Shown here: positions 10,604 to 20,996 of the stretch, piece after piece
Position numbering within the stretch: position 1 is the first letter of the stretch
How the letters are laid out: each line of letters opens with the position of its first letter
Source: Candidatus Parcubacteria bacterium
GTDB lineage: Bacteria > Patescibacteriota > Minisyncoccia > UBA6257 > HR35
DNA length: 64,000 nt
Direction: 5' to 3'
Assembly (NCBI GenBank): GCA_025999335.1
Contig: AP024681.1
Location: 227,656-291,655, forward strand
Notes under the pieces: model-generated
The model's database searches: none
The model's input: only the letters and a program-made list of their open reading frames with translations
What the model was told of the DNA's origin: nothing
Translations under genes and position numbers: made by a program

Positions 10604-11170
10604 ATGAATTCAACTAATAAAATAAAATTAATTTATGGCATAGGTAATGATGATGAACGTTATAGTTATTCTTTCCATAATATCGGTAAAGAAATTGTTA
10701 AATATTTTTTTGAAAAACCTTCGTCTTTAAAATACGCTCAATATCAAAAATATAATAAGCATTTAATCTTAGCCACCAATACTAATTATATGAATGAATG
10801 CGGCAAGGGCTTACGGGAATTAAGCAAAGAATTCAAAATAACTCCATCGTCAATACTTATTATTCATGATGACGCTGATTTAAGTTTTCCCTTGTTTAAA
10901 ATAAGTTTTAATAAAAATTCCGCTGGCCATAAAGGCATTGAATCAATTATTAATCATTTAAAAACAAAAAAATTCTGGCGTTTCCGCATAGGCATTCAAA
11001 AAAAGCAACGTCAACAAGCCATTGATATTGTTTTAAATAAAATGAATAATCGAGAAAAAGAGTTAATGAATAAAAAAATAAAACCAAAATTTAAAATAAT
11101 CCTTGACAAATTGGCTTCTGGTTATCTTCCCAATGAATTAAATATCGCTAAAAATTTCTTTTTAAGTTAA
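10604..11170 (+). CDS. pth: peptidyl-tRNA hydrolase
   Basis: GIGN..HNIG, YMNECG, HDDAD, AGHKG, RFRIGI. Confidence 0.88.
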   Translation: MNSTNKIKLIYGIGNDDERYSYSFHNIGKEIVKYFFEKPSSLKYAQYQKYNKHLILATNTNYMNECGKGLRELSKEFKITPSSILIIHDDADLSFPLFKISFNKNSAGHKGIESIINHLKTKKFWRFRIGIQKKQRQQAIDIVLNKMNNREKELMNKKIKPKFKIILDKLASGYLPNELNIAKNFFLS

Positions 11171-11176
11171 ACAACA

Positions 11177-12157
11177 ATGGCTAAACAAGATTTTTTTTCT
11201 TTAGTGCAAAAATTACCTCAACAGACAAAAAAACTATTCGAAAGAATTTTTTCTATTGATAAAGTCAATATTGTTATTGACGATGCTGCTCAAATCAATC
11301 CTGCCTTTAAAATCTTTAGTAAACAAACAATAACTATTGTCCAAGATAAAATTTTAAATCAAACAACTATTTTTAATCCTCATCGCCGCAAACGACATCA
11401 ACCTCAAAATACGCAAACAACTAATAATCAAGAAGAATACGACCCTTTTTGTCAACCAAAGAAATTAACCCCCAAAGATGAATTAGGGCGTTTAGAAAAT
11501 CAATATGCCATTACCGCAGGAAATTTATCAAAAATGGCGCCATTGCATAGTTTAATTATTTTTAAAAAGCATAACTTCAATGAATTAAATAATTCTTATT
11601 TTCAAGGCGCTCTTCAATTGGCAAATATTTGGTTTCAAAAAATGTCTTTTTTAAATAAAAAAATTAAGCACAAAATACTAATATGGAATTATAATTATCG
11701 CGCCGGTGCTTCAGTATTACATCCTCACTTACAAGTTTTAGCTTATACCCAAAACATTCTTAAAATTACAAAATTACAAAAAAACTTAAATCAATATACC
11801 GAAAAATTTAAAAGTTCTTATTTTTATGATTATTTTTCTATTGCGCAAAAATTAAAACTCGCTAAAAAAACAAATAATTTTATGATTTGGCCCAGTTTTA
11901 CACCAATTAAAGATAAGGGTATTAATTTTTATGGCGATATTGTTGAAGGTTCAAAAATTCTATGGCTAACTATTAAAAAATTAGCACAAAAGGGAGCTGC
12001 TCATTTTAATTTAATTTATGTTTATGATTTACAATTTGGCATCATTGTTGATAGAGGCGAAACGCAAAAAAAGAATTCTGATATTGGATCTTTAGAGTTA
12101 TATAATCTGCCTATTGTCTCACAAGAACCTCAAGATACAGCAAAAATAATTTTCTAA
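11177..12157 (+). CDS. GalT-like HIT-superfamily nucleotidyltransferase
   Basis: WN...AGASVLHPHLQ (HxHxQ), DPFC. Confidence 0.65.
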   Translation: MAKQDFFSLVQKLPQQTKKLFERIFSIDKVNIVIDDAAQINPAFKIFSKQTITIVQDKILNQTTIFNPHRRKRHQPQNTQTTNNQEEYDPFCQPKKLTPKDELGRLENQYAITAGNLSKMAPLHSLIIFKKHNFNELNNSYFQGALQLANIWFQKMSFLNKKIKHKILIWNYNYRAGASVLHPHLQVLAYTQNILKITKLQKNLNQYTEKFKSSYFYDYFSIAQKLKLAKKTNNFMIWPSFTPIKDKGINFYGDIVEGSKILWLTIKKLAQKGAAHFNLIYVYDLQFGIIVDRGETQKKNSDIGSLELYNLPIVSQEPQDTAKIIF

Positions 12158-12424
12158 TCAATAAATATCCGAAGTTGTTACTGAGGAAGTGCGAAGCATT
12201 TCTAATAAAGGCTGCGGTAAGCTTTCAGATTTAGGAATATAAAATTTTGTGAAATCAAATTGTTCAACATTAGCTGGCGTTGTTTCTAAGGGTGGCTCGC
12301 GATTAAAACTATAAGAAGCAAAAATAAAATACAAAAAGAAAGAAACACTAATAAGCCATATGAAAATTTTATTAACCTTTCTAATGTCCATTGATTTATC
12401 TATATTATACGATAAAACAATCAA
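12158..12424 (-). CDS. small single-TM hypothetical protein
   Basis: One hydrophobic segment; Thr/Ser-rich tail; fills gap after rnj. Confidence 0.55.
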   Translation of the reverse strand: MIVLSYNIDKSMDIRKVNKIFIWLISVSFFLYFIFASYSFNREPPLETTPANVEQFDFTKFYIPKSESLPQPLLEMLRTSSVTTSDIY

Positions 12425-12431
12425 TAAAAAT

Positions 12432-14156
12432 TTAAATTTTAATCACTACTGGCAAAACCATTGGACGTCGTTTAGTCTTTTTAAATAAAAACTCAGCAAT
12501 ATCTTCTTTTAAACTATACCTTATTTGTTCTTCTTGTACAGCTGGCTTTTCTTCGCCAGAAAATCTAATATGTTTATCAACAATTTTTCTAATAAGGTTT
12601 CGAACTTCTTTTAATAATTCTTTTGATTCTCGTAAATAAACAAAGCCGCGGGAAATAATATCCGGACTTGTACGTAATTGGCCACTAGCTGAATCAATCG
12701 TCACAATTACCACAAAAATTCCATCATTGGCTAAATTCTGTCTATCTCGTAAAACAACTTCCTGAACATCACCAACACTTAAACCATCAACATAAACTAT
12801 ATTTGCCGGAACTTTTTCATTGCTAACAAAAACTTTATCCGGTAGAGCTTTGATAATCTGTCCATTTTGCGCTAAAAGAACTCTTTCTTTTGACATTCCA
12901 ATATTAAGACATATTTCCTCAGTCGCCTTCATCATAAAATAATGGCCGTGAATTGGCATTACATATTCAGGCTTAACTAAATTGATTAACAATTTAATCT
13001 CATTAGAAAAAGCATGCCCTGAAGCATGAATATCCATCATTTGATAATGAAAAACATTAGCACCTTGTTTTTGTAAATCATCTTTCAACTCTTGAATAAT
13101 TCTTTCATTGTTAGGAATAACTGAAGAAGAAAATATTACTGAATCGCCGGGAATAATTTTAAAATACTTATGCTCGCCGGCAGCAATGCGCATTAAGGCT
13201 GAACCTTCTTCAGCTTGTGAACCGGTACAAATTATTGTTACTTGATTAGGCGGCAAACGAAAACTATCTTCAGGCTTGATAAAAATACCCTTAGGAGTTT
13301 GAATGTATTTTAAAGCTTTGGCAACTTCTACATTTGTTTTCAAAGTTCTGCCGTCTAAAACAACCTTTCTTCCATAAATACCCGATAACCAAACGATTTG
13401 CTGAATTCTTTCTAATAAAGAAGCAAATGTAGCAGCGATAATTCTACCTTGAGCTTTGCGAAAAATAGTCTCTAAATTTTCCATAATTACCTTCTCGGAA
13501 GCAACAAAACCGCTTTGAAAAGCATTAGTAGAATCAACCATTAAAACACGCACTCCGCCCAATGACAGCTTAACAATCCGCGATAAATCTGCAGGTTTAT
13601 CAAAAAAAGGAGAAAAATCTATTTTAAAATCACCAGTATGAATAATATTACCTACAGGCGTTTTAATCAAATAACCAATAGAATCAGGAATATTATGATT
13701 AACATGGAAATAATTAATAATAAAAGAACCAAGCTGAAAAAATCTAAATTTATCCTTTTTAATTTCGTGAATTTCTAGTTTAGGAGCATTAGGAAAATCT
13801 AATTGTCTCTTTAGAATAATTCCCTTAGCTAAAGGAGTGGCATAAATTGGAGGGTTGCCTATTCTTTCAATTAAATAAGGAATAGCGCCAATATGATCAT
13901 AGTGTCCATGGGTAATTAAAATACCTAAAATTTTATCTTTGTTGTGTTCTAAATATTCGACATTAGGAATGGTAAAATCAATGCCCGGCATTTCTTCATA
14001 ATAAGGATAACCTAAACCAAAATCAATAATAATAATCTCTTTATTGTTTAATTCCAAAGCCATCATATTTCTACCAACTTCTTCCAAACCTCCCAAAGGA
14101 ATAATTTTTAATTCGCCTTCATATTGTTTTAACGGCATTTGAGTTTTTGCTTTCAT
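12432..14156 (-). CDS. rnj: ribonuclease J
   Basis: PLGGLEEVGRN, THGHYDHIG, HTGDFK, HASGH. Confidence 0.96.
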   Translation of the reverse strand: MKAKTQMPLKQYEGELKIIPLGGLEEVGRNMMALELNNKEIIIIDFGLGYPYYEEMPGIDFTIPNVEYLEHNKDKILGILITHGHYDHIGAIPYLIERIGNPPIYATPLAKGIILKRQLDFPNAPKLEIHEIKKDKFRFFQLGSFIINYFHVNHNIPDSIGYLIKTPVGNIIHTGDFKIDFSPFFDKPADLSRIVKLSLGGVRVLMVDSTNAFQSGFVASEKVIMENLETIFRKAQGRIIAATFASLLERIQQIVWLSGIYGRKVVLDGRTLKTNVEVAKALKYIQTPKGIFIKPEDSFRLPPNQVTIICTGSQAEEGSALMRIAAGEHKYFKIIPGDSVIFSSSVIPNNERIIQELKDDLQKQGANVFHYQMMDIHASGHAFSNEIKLLINLVKPEYVMPIHGHYFMMKATEEICLNIGMSKERVLLAQNGQIIKALPDKVFVSNEKVPANIVYVDGLSVGDVQEVVLRDRQNLANDGIFVVIVTIDSASGQLRTSPDIISRGFVYLRESKELLKEVRNLIRKIVDKHIRFSGEEKPAVQEEQIRYSLKEDIAEFLFKKTKRRPMVLPVVIKI

Positions 14157-14223
14157 AATTAATCAATAAACTAATAAATATAGAAAATTAATTAAATGAC
14201 CGTCGATATATTTTAAAAAGGTG

Positions 14224-14306
14224 TGCCCCGGGTGAGATTTGAACTCACACGAGTAAAACTCGCAAGGCTCTGAACCTTGTGCGTCTGCCAATTCCGCCAC
14301 CGGGGC
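14224..14306 (-). tRNA. tRNA-Leu(CAG)
   Basis: GCCCCGG acceptor, GGCGGAATTGGCAGACG D arm, CAAGG-TT CAG AG-CCTTG, long variable arm. Confidence 0.93.
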
Positions 14307-14315
14307 AAAGTAAAT

Positions 14316-14750
14316 TTAATACTCATTAAAATTCAAATCAATTATTCCGCCACTTAAATCAATAGTTACGGTTGCTTTTAAGTTTTTTCTTAATTCGCTA
14401 CTTGTCAAATAACCATTAATATCAATTACTTTAGTTGTGCTATTTAACGAAACAACTGAATAGCGAAAATAATTTCCACTAGGCATAACAAAAATAGCAT
14501 TAGTGGTAGCAAAATTTGGATTCTTGTTAATGTTATACAAAGAATAATTTAAACCGCTAAAAACTAACGATTTTAAAACGATATATTGATTAAACTCGCG
14601 GTTAAAATTTAAATTAACAATAGATAAATTCCCTAATATTATAATAAAAAAAATAATAAAAATCAATATTAAATTAACCAAAAGAAAAGTTATTTGTCCT
14701 TTCGTTTTTCTTTGAAAAAATCCTTTTAATAATTCGTTAATAAACATCAT
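14316..14750 (-). CDS. PilX/PilK-like minor pilin
   Basis: KGQ followed by a hydrophobic helix lacking E5; last gene of the pilin trio. Confidence 0.6.
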   Translation of the reverse strand: MMFINELLKGFFQRKTKGQITFLLVNLILIFIIFFIIILGNLSIVNLNFNREFNQYIVLKSLVFSGLNYSLYNINKNPNFATTNAIFVMPSGNYFRYSVVSLNSTTKVIDINGYLTSSELRKNLKATVTIDLSGGIIDLNFNEY

Positions 14751-14755
14751 AAAAA

Positions 14756-15679
14756 TTAAAAATTCGTTAAAATAATATTGTAATAATTAAAAAAATCGCT
14801 ATTTTGTTTGCCAATTTCAATATCGCCGCTAACAGTTGAAGAAATAAATTGCCAATTAAATTTTCTAAAAATTAATCCTGGATTAGATATTAAGTTTATA
14901 GAAGAAATTTCAGGATTAGCTTCTGCTAAATACAATCTGCCTTTATCTTTATAAACAAGCAACCAACCAATAACATCATTCCAGGCATAACCCTGTAAGT
15001 CTAAATTATCTAAAGTTATTTTAAAATTAGTCGAACTACAAACATCTAAATCTTGACAATTAAAAGCAATCCAACCAATAACATCATTCCAAGCAAAACC
15101 ACGAAACTCATTATTGCGATCTATGCAAACACCATAAACAACCGACTCGCCGGGACTAGATCTAAATTTTATCCAACCAATATTTGGCGACCAAGCATAA
15201 CCAGATAAACTATATGTTGACGAAACTGTTGTTAGATTATTAATTGAACAATTAGAAGAACTTGAAGCAAAGACACCAAAGCCACCACCCTTAAGACTAA
15301 TGCTACCAATGCTTAGATTAGACAAATAACCATAAAAATAATTATCGCTTTTATTTAAACGTGCTGTTTGTCCTAAAAAAATAATATTACTTGTTGTTCT
15401 TGAATCAAAAATCACTTCCCAATCAGTAAGAATATTTAAATTTTTTGCTTGCCAAGCTAAATTATTCATATTAAAAAAAATATTTTTTGCTTCGATGGCA
15501 GAAGAATTTTTATTATAAAAATCAACATAATATTTCAAAAAATGATTAAGGATATTAAAAATAAGAATAATAATAAAAGAAAAAATCAAAAAATACAACA
15601 AAATTTCTACTAAAGTAAAAGCCCGGGAGTTATTATTAAAACAGACATTTAGTTTATGTAAAAACTTATTGTGACGCAT
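14756..15679 (-). CDS. type IV minor pilin with G(Y/F)AW-x-x-x-IGW repeat domain
   Basis: RA|FTLVEILL prepilin motif; three GxAW(S/N)xxIGW repeats. Confidence 0.75.
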   Translation of the reverse strand: MRHNKFLHKLNVCFNNNSRAFTLVEILLYFLIFSFIIILIFNILNHFLKYYVDFYNKNSSAIEAKNIFFNMNNLAWQAKNLNILTDWEVIFDSRTTSNIIFLGQTARLNKSDNYFYGYLSNLSIGSISLKGGGFGVFASSSSNCSINNLTTVSSTYSLSGYAWSPNIGWIKFRSSPGESVVYGVCIDRNNEFRGFAWNDVIGWIAFNCQDLDVCSSTNFKITLDNLDLQGYAWNDVIGWLLVYKDKGRLYLAEANPEISSINLISNPGLIFRKFNWQFISSTVSGDIEIGKQNSDFFNYYNIILTNF

Positions 15680-16109
15680 ATTTTAGTTTAGCTATCAAAA
15701 AATTATCTGTAAATTTAAGATTTAAATATTCAACACTAATTGTAGTCATTTTTAAGTCGCTATTACCTCCATAATTACCTATTTGAAAACTAAAACGATA
15801 AAAACCGCCGCTACCAAGATTAACATTTTCTTGTCCATTCTTAATAAGCCATGAAGAGGTAGCTTTTTCAAAATAGTAGTTATTGCCAACAATTAAACTA
15901 TTAATAACACTCCAGTTATTTTTTGATAAAGCTATAAGAATATTGCGATATTTCTCAAATCCAAAAATAGCTACATTTTCGTTTAAACTTTGATAATCGT
16001 AAGATTTTTGCAGAACTAACGAAAAATTAATAAAAAGGACTAAAATAATCGAAACCAAAAGCAAGGTGACTAAAATCTCAACTAAAAGTTGCCCATGGTT
16101 AAAATTCAT
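15666..16109 (-). CDS. PilV-like minor pilin
   Basis: HG|QLLVEILV class III signal. Confidence 0.7.
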   Translation of the reverse strand: MNFNHGQLLVEILVTLLLVSIILVLFINFSLVLQKSYDYQSLNENVAIFGFEKYRNILIALSKNNWSVINSLIVGNNYYFEKATSSWLIKNGQENVNLGSGGFYRFSFQIGNYGGNSDLKMTTISVEYLNLKFTDNFLIAKLKYASQ

Positions 16110-18244
16110 TTATGTTTATTGGTTTCCATAGCCTGAACAATGTTTTGGCTAAGCTGTTGAGGAACATTTTCATAATGAGAAAATTCCATAACTACCGTAC
16201 CTCTTCCTTGAGTAAGAGAACGAACAACGGTTACATAACCAAACATTTCTGCTAAAGGAGCAAAGGCTTTGATAACCTTGCTTAAACCACGATCAAAGAC
16301 ATCCTCAATTTTTGCTCTTCTTGATGATAAATCTGCGGTAATGTCACCTAAAAATTCAGCAGGCACAACAACTTCTAATTTCATAATCGGTTCTAATAAA
16401 ATAAGATTAGCTTTTTTAACTGCTTCTTGTAGGGCTATTGAACCAGCAATTTTAAAAGCTATATCCGAAGAATCAACTTCGTGATAAGAACCATCAAATA
16501 GAGTTATTTTAATATCGCGAATAGGATAACCAGCTAAAACTCCTTTGTCTAAAGCTTCTTTAACTCCTTTCTCAACTGAAGGAATAAAATTATCAGGAAT
16601 AATACCTCCTTTGATGCCATTAACAAATTCAAAACCACTACCTCGTGGCAATGGCTCTACTTTAAGCCAGACATGACCATATTGTCCGCGACCACCACTT
16701 TGTCTAATATACTTACCTTCAGCAACTGCTTCTTTGGTAATTGTCTCTAAATAAGCAACTTGTGGTTTGCCAACATTAACATTAACATTAAATTCCCTTT
16801 TTAAACGATCAACCTTAATATCTAAATGCAGCTCACCCATACCACCTATAAGAATGTCACCAGTATCTTGATTCTGAGTTAAATGAAAAGTTGGATCTTC
16901 ATCAGTTAAAGCTTTAAGAGCCATACCCATTTTTTCTTGATCGCTTTTTGTTTTTGGCTCAATGCGCATCCATATGACTGGATCAGCAAACTCTATTTTT
17001 TCAAACATAATCGGAGCTTTAGGATCGCATAAAGTTTCACCGGTTTTTAGTTCTTTTAAACCAACAATAGCGCCAATATCACCAGCGTATAATTCGCTAA
17101 CCTCTTCACGAGAATTAGCATGCATACGCGCTAATCTTCCAATTCTAAATGTCTTTGCTGTTGTTGTGTTTAAAACATTAATCCCTGATCGCAAAACACC
17201 TGAATAAACTCGCACATAGGACAAGGTACCAACATAAGGATCAATAGCAATTTTAAAAACTAATGCTGATAAAGGCTCGTTATCATCTGCTTTTCTATAA
17301 ACTTTATTATTAGTAAGAGGATCAATTCCTTCTAAATCAGGCAAATCTACAGGAGAAGGCAAGAAATCAACAACTCCGTCTAAAATAAGCTGAATGCCTT
17401 TGTTTTTTAAAGACGAACCGCAATATACAGGAATAAGCTTATATTGCAAAGTAGCTCGTCGAATCGCTTTTCTAATATCATCTTTGGTAAATGATCCTTT
17501 AAGATATTGTTCCATAAATTCATCATCTTTTTCAGCTAATTTTTCTAAAAAAATATGCTGCCATTTCTGCGCATAAGCTAAGTTCTCCTTTGCAATTTCT
17601 GTTCGCTTAACAATCTCGCCTTTATCGCCCTCAAAATACACTTCTTGCATATCAATTAAATCTATCACTCCTTTCAAATTCTCTTCCTGACCTATAGGAA
17701 CATTAACTAAAACGGCATTGCTTGTTAAGCGCTCATTTATAGAATTAAAGCAAAATTCAAAATCAGCGCCCATTCTGTCTAATTTATTAATAAAGCATAA
17801 TCGTGGAACTTTATATTTATCAGCTTGATGCCAAACTGTTTCTGATTGAGCTTCGACGCCTTGAACACCATCGAAAACAACAATAGCACCATCTAAAATT
17901 CTCAAAGATCTTTCAACTTCAGCGGTAAAATCAACATGCCCTGGAGTATCAATGATATTAATACGAAATTGATCTTTTGTTTTTTCTTCTTTGCTGTTAC
18001 TATCAGTCGTCGCTGTTAAATAGCTTTGCATCCAAAAACATGTAACAGCTGCAGCGGTAATTGTAATACCTCTTTCTCTTTCTTGAGGCATCCAATCGGT
18101 TACTGTTGTTCCTTCGTGAACTTCGCCTATTTTATAAGATATGCCTGTATAAAATAAAATTCTTTCAGTAGTTGTAGTCTTACCGGCATCTATATGCGCA
18201 ATAATACCTATATTTCTTGTTTTTTCAATAGGATATAATCTCAT
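16106..18244 (-). CDS. fusA: elongation factor G
   Basis: [30 protein letters not shown]. Confidence 0.98.
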   Translation of the reverse strand: MRLYPIEKTRNIGIIAHIDAGKTTTTERILFYTGISYKIGEVHEGTTVTDWMPQERERGITITAAAVTCFWMQSYLTATTDSNSKEEKTKDQFRINIIDTPGHVDFTAEVERSLRILDGAIVVFDGVQGVEAQSETVWHQADKYKVPRLCFINKLDRMGADFEFCFNSINERLTSNAVLVNVPIGQEENLKGVIDLIDMQEVYFEGDKGEIVKRTEIAKENLAYAQKWQHIFLEKLAEKDDEFMEQYLKGSFTKDDIRKAIRRATLQYKLIPVYCGSSLKNKGIQLILDGVVDFLPSPVDLPDLEGIDPLTNNKVYRKADDNEPLSALVFKIAIDPYVGTLSYVRVYSGVLRSGINVLNTTTAKTFRIGRLARMHANSREEVSELYAGDIGAIVGLKELKTGETLCDPKAPIMFEKIEFADPVIWMRIEPKTKSDQEKMGMALKALTDEDPTFHLTQNQDTGDILIGGMGELHLDIKVDRLKREFNVNVNVGKPQVAYLETITKEAVAEGKYIRQSGGRGQYGHVWLKVEPLPRGSGFEFVNGIKGGIIPDNFIPSVEKGVKEALDKGVLAGYPIRDIKITLFDGSYHEVDSSDIAFKIAGSIALQEAVKKANLILLEPIMKLEVVVPAEFLGDITADLSSRRAKIEDVFDRGLSKVIKAFAPLAEMFGYVTVVRSLTQGRGTVVMEFSHYENVPQQLSQNIVQAMETNKHK

Positions 18245-18306
18245 TATTATTTTTCGGCAAATAAAATAAACTAAAAATTAATTAATGACTCAAGGTAATA
18301 AAAAAA

Positions 18307-18513
18307 TTATGGCAAATAAGGCAATAAAGCCATTTGTCTAGCAATTTTAATTGCTTTAGACAACTTACGTTGATGCCAACTACATACAGCAGTTTCTTTG
18401 CGTGGCTTAATCTTCATAGCTGCTGATAAAAATTTAGACAAAATTTCCACATCTTTAAAATCGATATCACTAGCTGCCTGAGAACAAAAATAACAAGTAA
18501 TATCTGTGGTCAT
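18307..18513 (-). CDS. rpsR: 30S ribosomal protein bS18 (Zn-binding C+ type)
   Basis: CYFC...IDFKDV..L..F...KIKPR..T..C..HQRKL..AIK.AR.MALLPY. Confidence 0.93.
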   Translation of the reverse strand: MTTDITCYFCSQAASDIDFKDVEILSKFLSAAMKIKPRKETAVCSWHQRKLSKAIKIARQMALLPYLP

Positions 18514-18518
18514 TAGTT

Positions 18519-19019
18519 TTAAATTTTGGAGTTAGATTTTTTCTTACTCCACCAACCAAAATGAGCAAAAGCTTTATTAGCTTCAGCGCTCTTGTGCGTC
18601 TCGTTTTTACGTTTAATTGCTTCGCCCTCTTGATTGCTTGCAGCAATAATTTCTTCAGCTAACTTTTCATACATTGTTCTACCCTTGCGATTACGCGCAG
18701 CTTCAATAATCCATTTAACAGCTTTAAAAAAACGTCTATTAACTCTTACTTGTCGGGGAATTAAAAAGGTAGCTCCACCAATTCGCCTTGGCCAAACCTC
18801 AACCACTGGAGCAACGTTTTTAATAGCTGTTTGAAAAACTTTTAATGGATTTTGCGATGTTTTTTCTTTAATCAATTCCATAGCTTTATAAAAAATTTTT
18901 TGAGCTTTTTCTTTCTTGCCATCAACCATTATATTATTAACAAATCTTGTTATAGCAACACTATTGTAAACAGGATCCGGCTTCCAAGAACGTTTAATAA
19001 TAATACTTTTACGAGGCAT
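18519..19019 (-). CDS. rpsG: 30S ribosomal protein uS7
   Basis: PDPVY, DGKK, RRIGGAT, AEANKAFAH. Confidence 0.96.
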   Translation of the reverse strand: MPRKSIIIKRSWKPDPVYNSVAITRFVNNIMVDGKKEKAQKIFYKAMELIKEKTSQNPLKVFQTAIKNVAPVVEVWPRRIGGATFLIPRQVRVNRRFFKAVKWIIEAARNRKGRTMYEKLAEEIIAASNQEGEAIKRKNETHKSAEANKAFAHFGWWSKKKSNSKI

Positions 19020-19432
19020 TAGTTTTTAGGTTTTTTAGCACCATACAAAGAACGACCTTGTTTTCTATTTTCAACGCCACTTGTATCAAAAACACCACGA
19101 ACAATATGATAACGTACACCTGGCAAATCCTTCACTCTTCCACCACGCACTAAAACTATTGAATGTTCTTGTAAATTATGTCCTATCCCAGGAATATAAG
19201 CAGTCACTTCAGTGCCATTGGATAATCTTACTTTAGCGATTTTACGTAAAGCGGAATTTGGTTTTTTAGGAGTCATAGTATAAACACGCACGCAAACACC
19301 TTTTTTAAAAGGCGAAGGCAAATATTTTTCTTTTCTTTTCAAAGAATTAAAATGAAAAAGCAACGCTGGCGATCTTGACTTGCCTTTATCAATCTTACGT
19401 CCTTTGCGAACTAATTGGTTAATCGTTGGCAT
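19019..19432 (-). CDS. rpsL: 30S ribosomal protein uS12
   Basis: [31 protein letters not shown]. Confidence 0.98.
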   Translation of the reverse strand: MPTINQLVRKGRKIDKGKSRSPALLFHFNSLKRKEKYLPSPFKKGVCVRVYTMTPKKPNSALRKIAKVRLSNGTEVTAYIPGIGHNLQEHSIVLVRGGRVKDLPGVRYHIVRGVFDTSGVENRKQGRSLYGAKKPKN

Positions 19433-19470
19433 TTTTTAATTATAAATAAAATTATACCAAAAATAGATTT

Positions 19471-19665
19471 TTATAAAACTATTTTCTGTCTTAAAACTAA
19501 TTTGCGACAATCTTTGCAAACTAAAATTTTTTTATCATTCGCTAAAGTCAAAACTTGCAAATTCGGTTTTTGAAAATAATAATTAACCGGATTATACTTT
19601 CCTCTTAATTTCTTTCTTTTCGCAACTTTCTTTTTACCTTTGTGACATAAGTAACAACTTTTCAT
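19471..19665 (-). CDS. rpmB: 50S ribosomal protein bL28 (Zn-ribbon type)
   Basis: CxxC...KPNLQ...VCxxC, basic. Confidence 0.75.
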   Translation of the reverse strand: MKSCYLCHKGKKKVAKRKKLRGKYNPVNYYFQKPNLQVLTLANDKKILVCKDCRKLVLRQKIVL

Positions 19666-20996
19666 TTTAAAATAAAATCTAATTTAAGCAAATTATTTGC
19701 TATTGATTCCTCTTTGGTTAATTCAATTAAACGAAACTCTTTGCTAATATCTGTCTGAAATTGATCTTTATTATCCTTGTTAATTATAAACGAAAGACCT
19801 AATGGTTGATCTTTAACAAATTCTAAATTACTTAAAGCGCTTAAAGATAACGCCTTTTCTATATTATAAGATAATTTAAAATAATTTGTTAATTTATTAA
19901 TTATACCATTAAATTTATCAACATCAAAATTTTCTTGATTATTAACAACATTTCTTTGTAAGACTAATAGTTGATCATTTAAATTTTTTTGATAAATTAA
20001 TATTTCTTCGTTTAATTTTTGATTAAAAAATAAAAACACGCCTGAAATAATCGCTAAAAGTAAACTGGCATAAACTAAAGTAAAAATAATTATTGAAGGC
20101 AATTTATTTAAAAAATAAGCAAAATAAGATTTTATCGGCAAAAAATCAATAAATTCTTGATCGCTGAAAACTTTTTCAAAAATTAAATAAGAACCCTCAA
20201 TAATAATTTCAAGCGGCTTAATGTCTAAAAATAATGTCTGAAAATTTGTCTGAAAATTATCTAAACGGTAATCACTAATAAACAATATTTTCGTATCTGG
20301 CGCGATATTAGCTTTAAAAAAATTAATAAATTTATCAATAATAACATTTAAAGGTTGAGCTTCCAAATTAATTTCATCAATTAAAATTTTTTCAATTCTT
20401 AATTTTTTAATCAATAAAGATATTAAATTCTGTTTTTCAATAAAGAAAACAATATAGTCCTCATTAAAATCTACAAGAGTTTTATTTAAAAGATAGTAAT
20501 AAATTGCTTCAGTGATAGGACTGATAAACAAAGGGATAAGATTATATTTTTCAACGATTGCTAACAAACTATCAATAATGTCTTTGGGAACAAAAACAAC
20601 ATTAAAATTAGAAACATTAACCGACAGTTGATAGCGATCTTCTTTGTAAAAAAACGTATATTTTTCTAAAGAAAGAGGCGATGAGACTTTTAAATAATTT
20701 ATTATCGCTTCCCTTGGATTATTAGTGCGAGCTAAAGTAATTCTTTGAGTCAAAATATTAGGCAAATTAAGAATAATGCCCAGTGAAGATAATTTGTATT
20801 TAGAAATAAGAGAGACTAATCCTTTTTCTAAATTATCAAAAATTAACAATGAATCTTTAAAAATTGTGACTTCCAAATTTTCTATTTTAACAATATTTAA
20901 TGATTGCTGTTTTTTTATAAAACGAATATAAGTAATTGAATTAATATTAACAATTAATAAATCGTAAAATTGTTTATTTAAAGAAAATATGTTCAT
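19662..20996 (-). CDS. putative PilM-PilN-like fusion (type IV pilus alignment complex)
   Basis: Degenerate actin-like PilM pattern, then IDFLP (INLLP-like), a TM segment and a coiled coil. Confidence 0.5.
   Translation of the reverse strand: MNIFSLNKQFYDLLIVNINSITYIRFIKKQQSLNIVKIENLEVTIFKDSLLIFDNLEKGLVSLISKYKLSSLGIILNLPNILTQRITLARTNNPREAIINYLKVSSPLSLEKYTFFYKEDRYQLSVNVSNFNVVFVPKDIIDSLLAIVEKYNLIPLFISPITEAIYYYLLNKTLVDFNEDYIVFFIEKQNLISLLIKKLRIEKILIDEINLEAQPLNVIIDKFINFFKANIAPDTKILFISDYRLDNFQTNFQTLFLDIKPLEIIIEGSYLIFEKVFSDQEFIDFLPIKSYFAYFLNKLPSIIIFTLVYASLLLAIISGVFLFFNQKLNEEILIYQKNLNDQLLVLQRNVVNNQENFDVDKFNGIINKLTNYFKLSYNIEKALSLSALSNLEFVKDQPLGLSFIINKDNKDQFQTDISKEFRLIELTKEESIANNLLKLDFILK

Noticed and set aside
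16106-16108. Alternative genetic code (UGA=Gly, as in Gracilibacteria/Absconditabacteria)
   Set aside because: TGA terminates fusA and other genes at expected ends and long ORFs are intact under code 11
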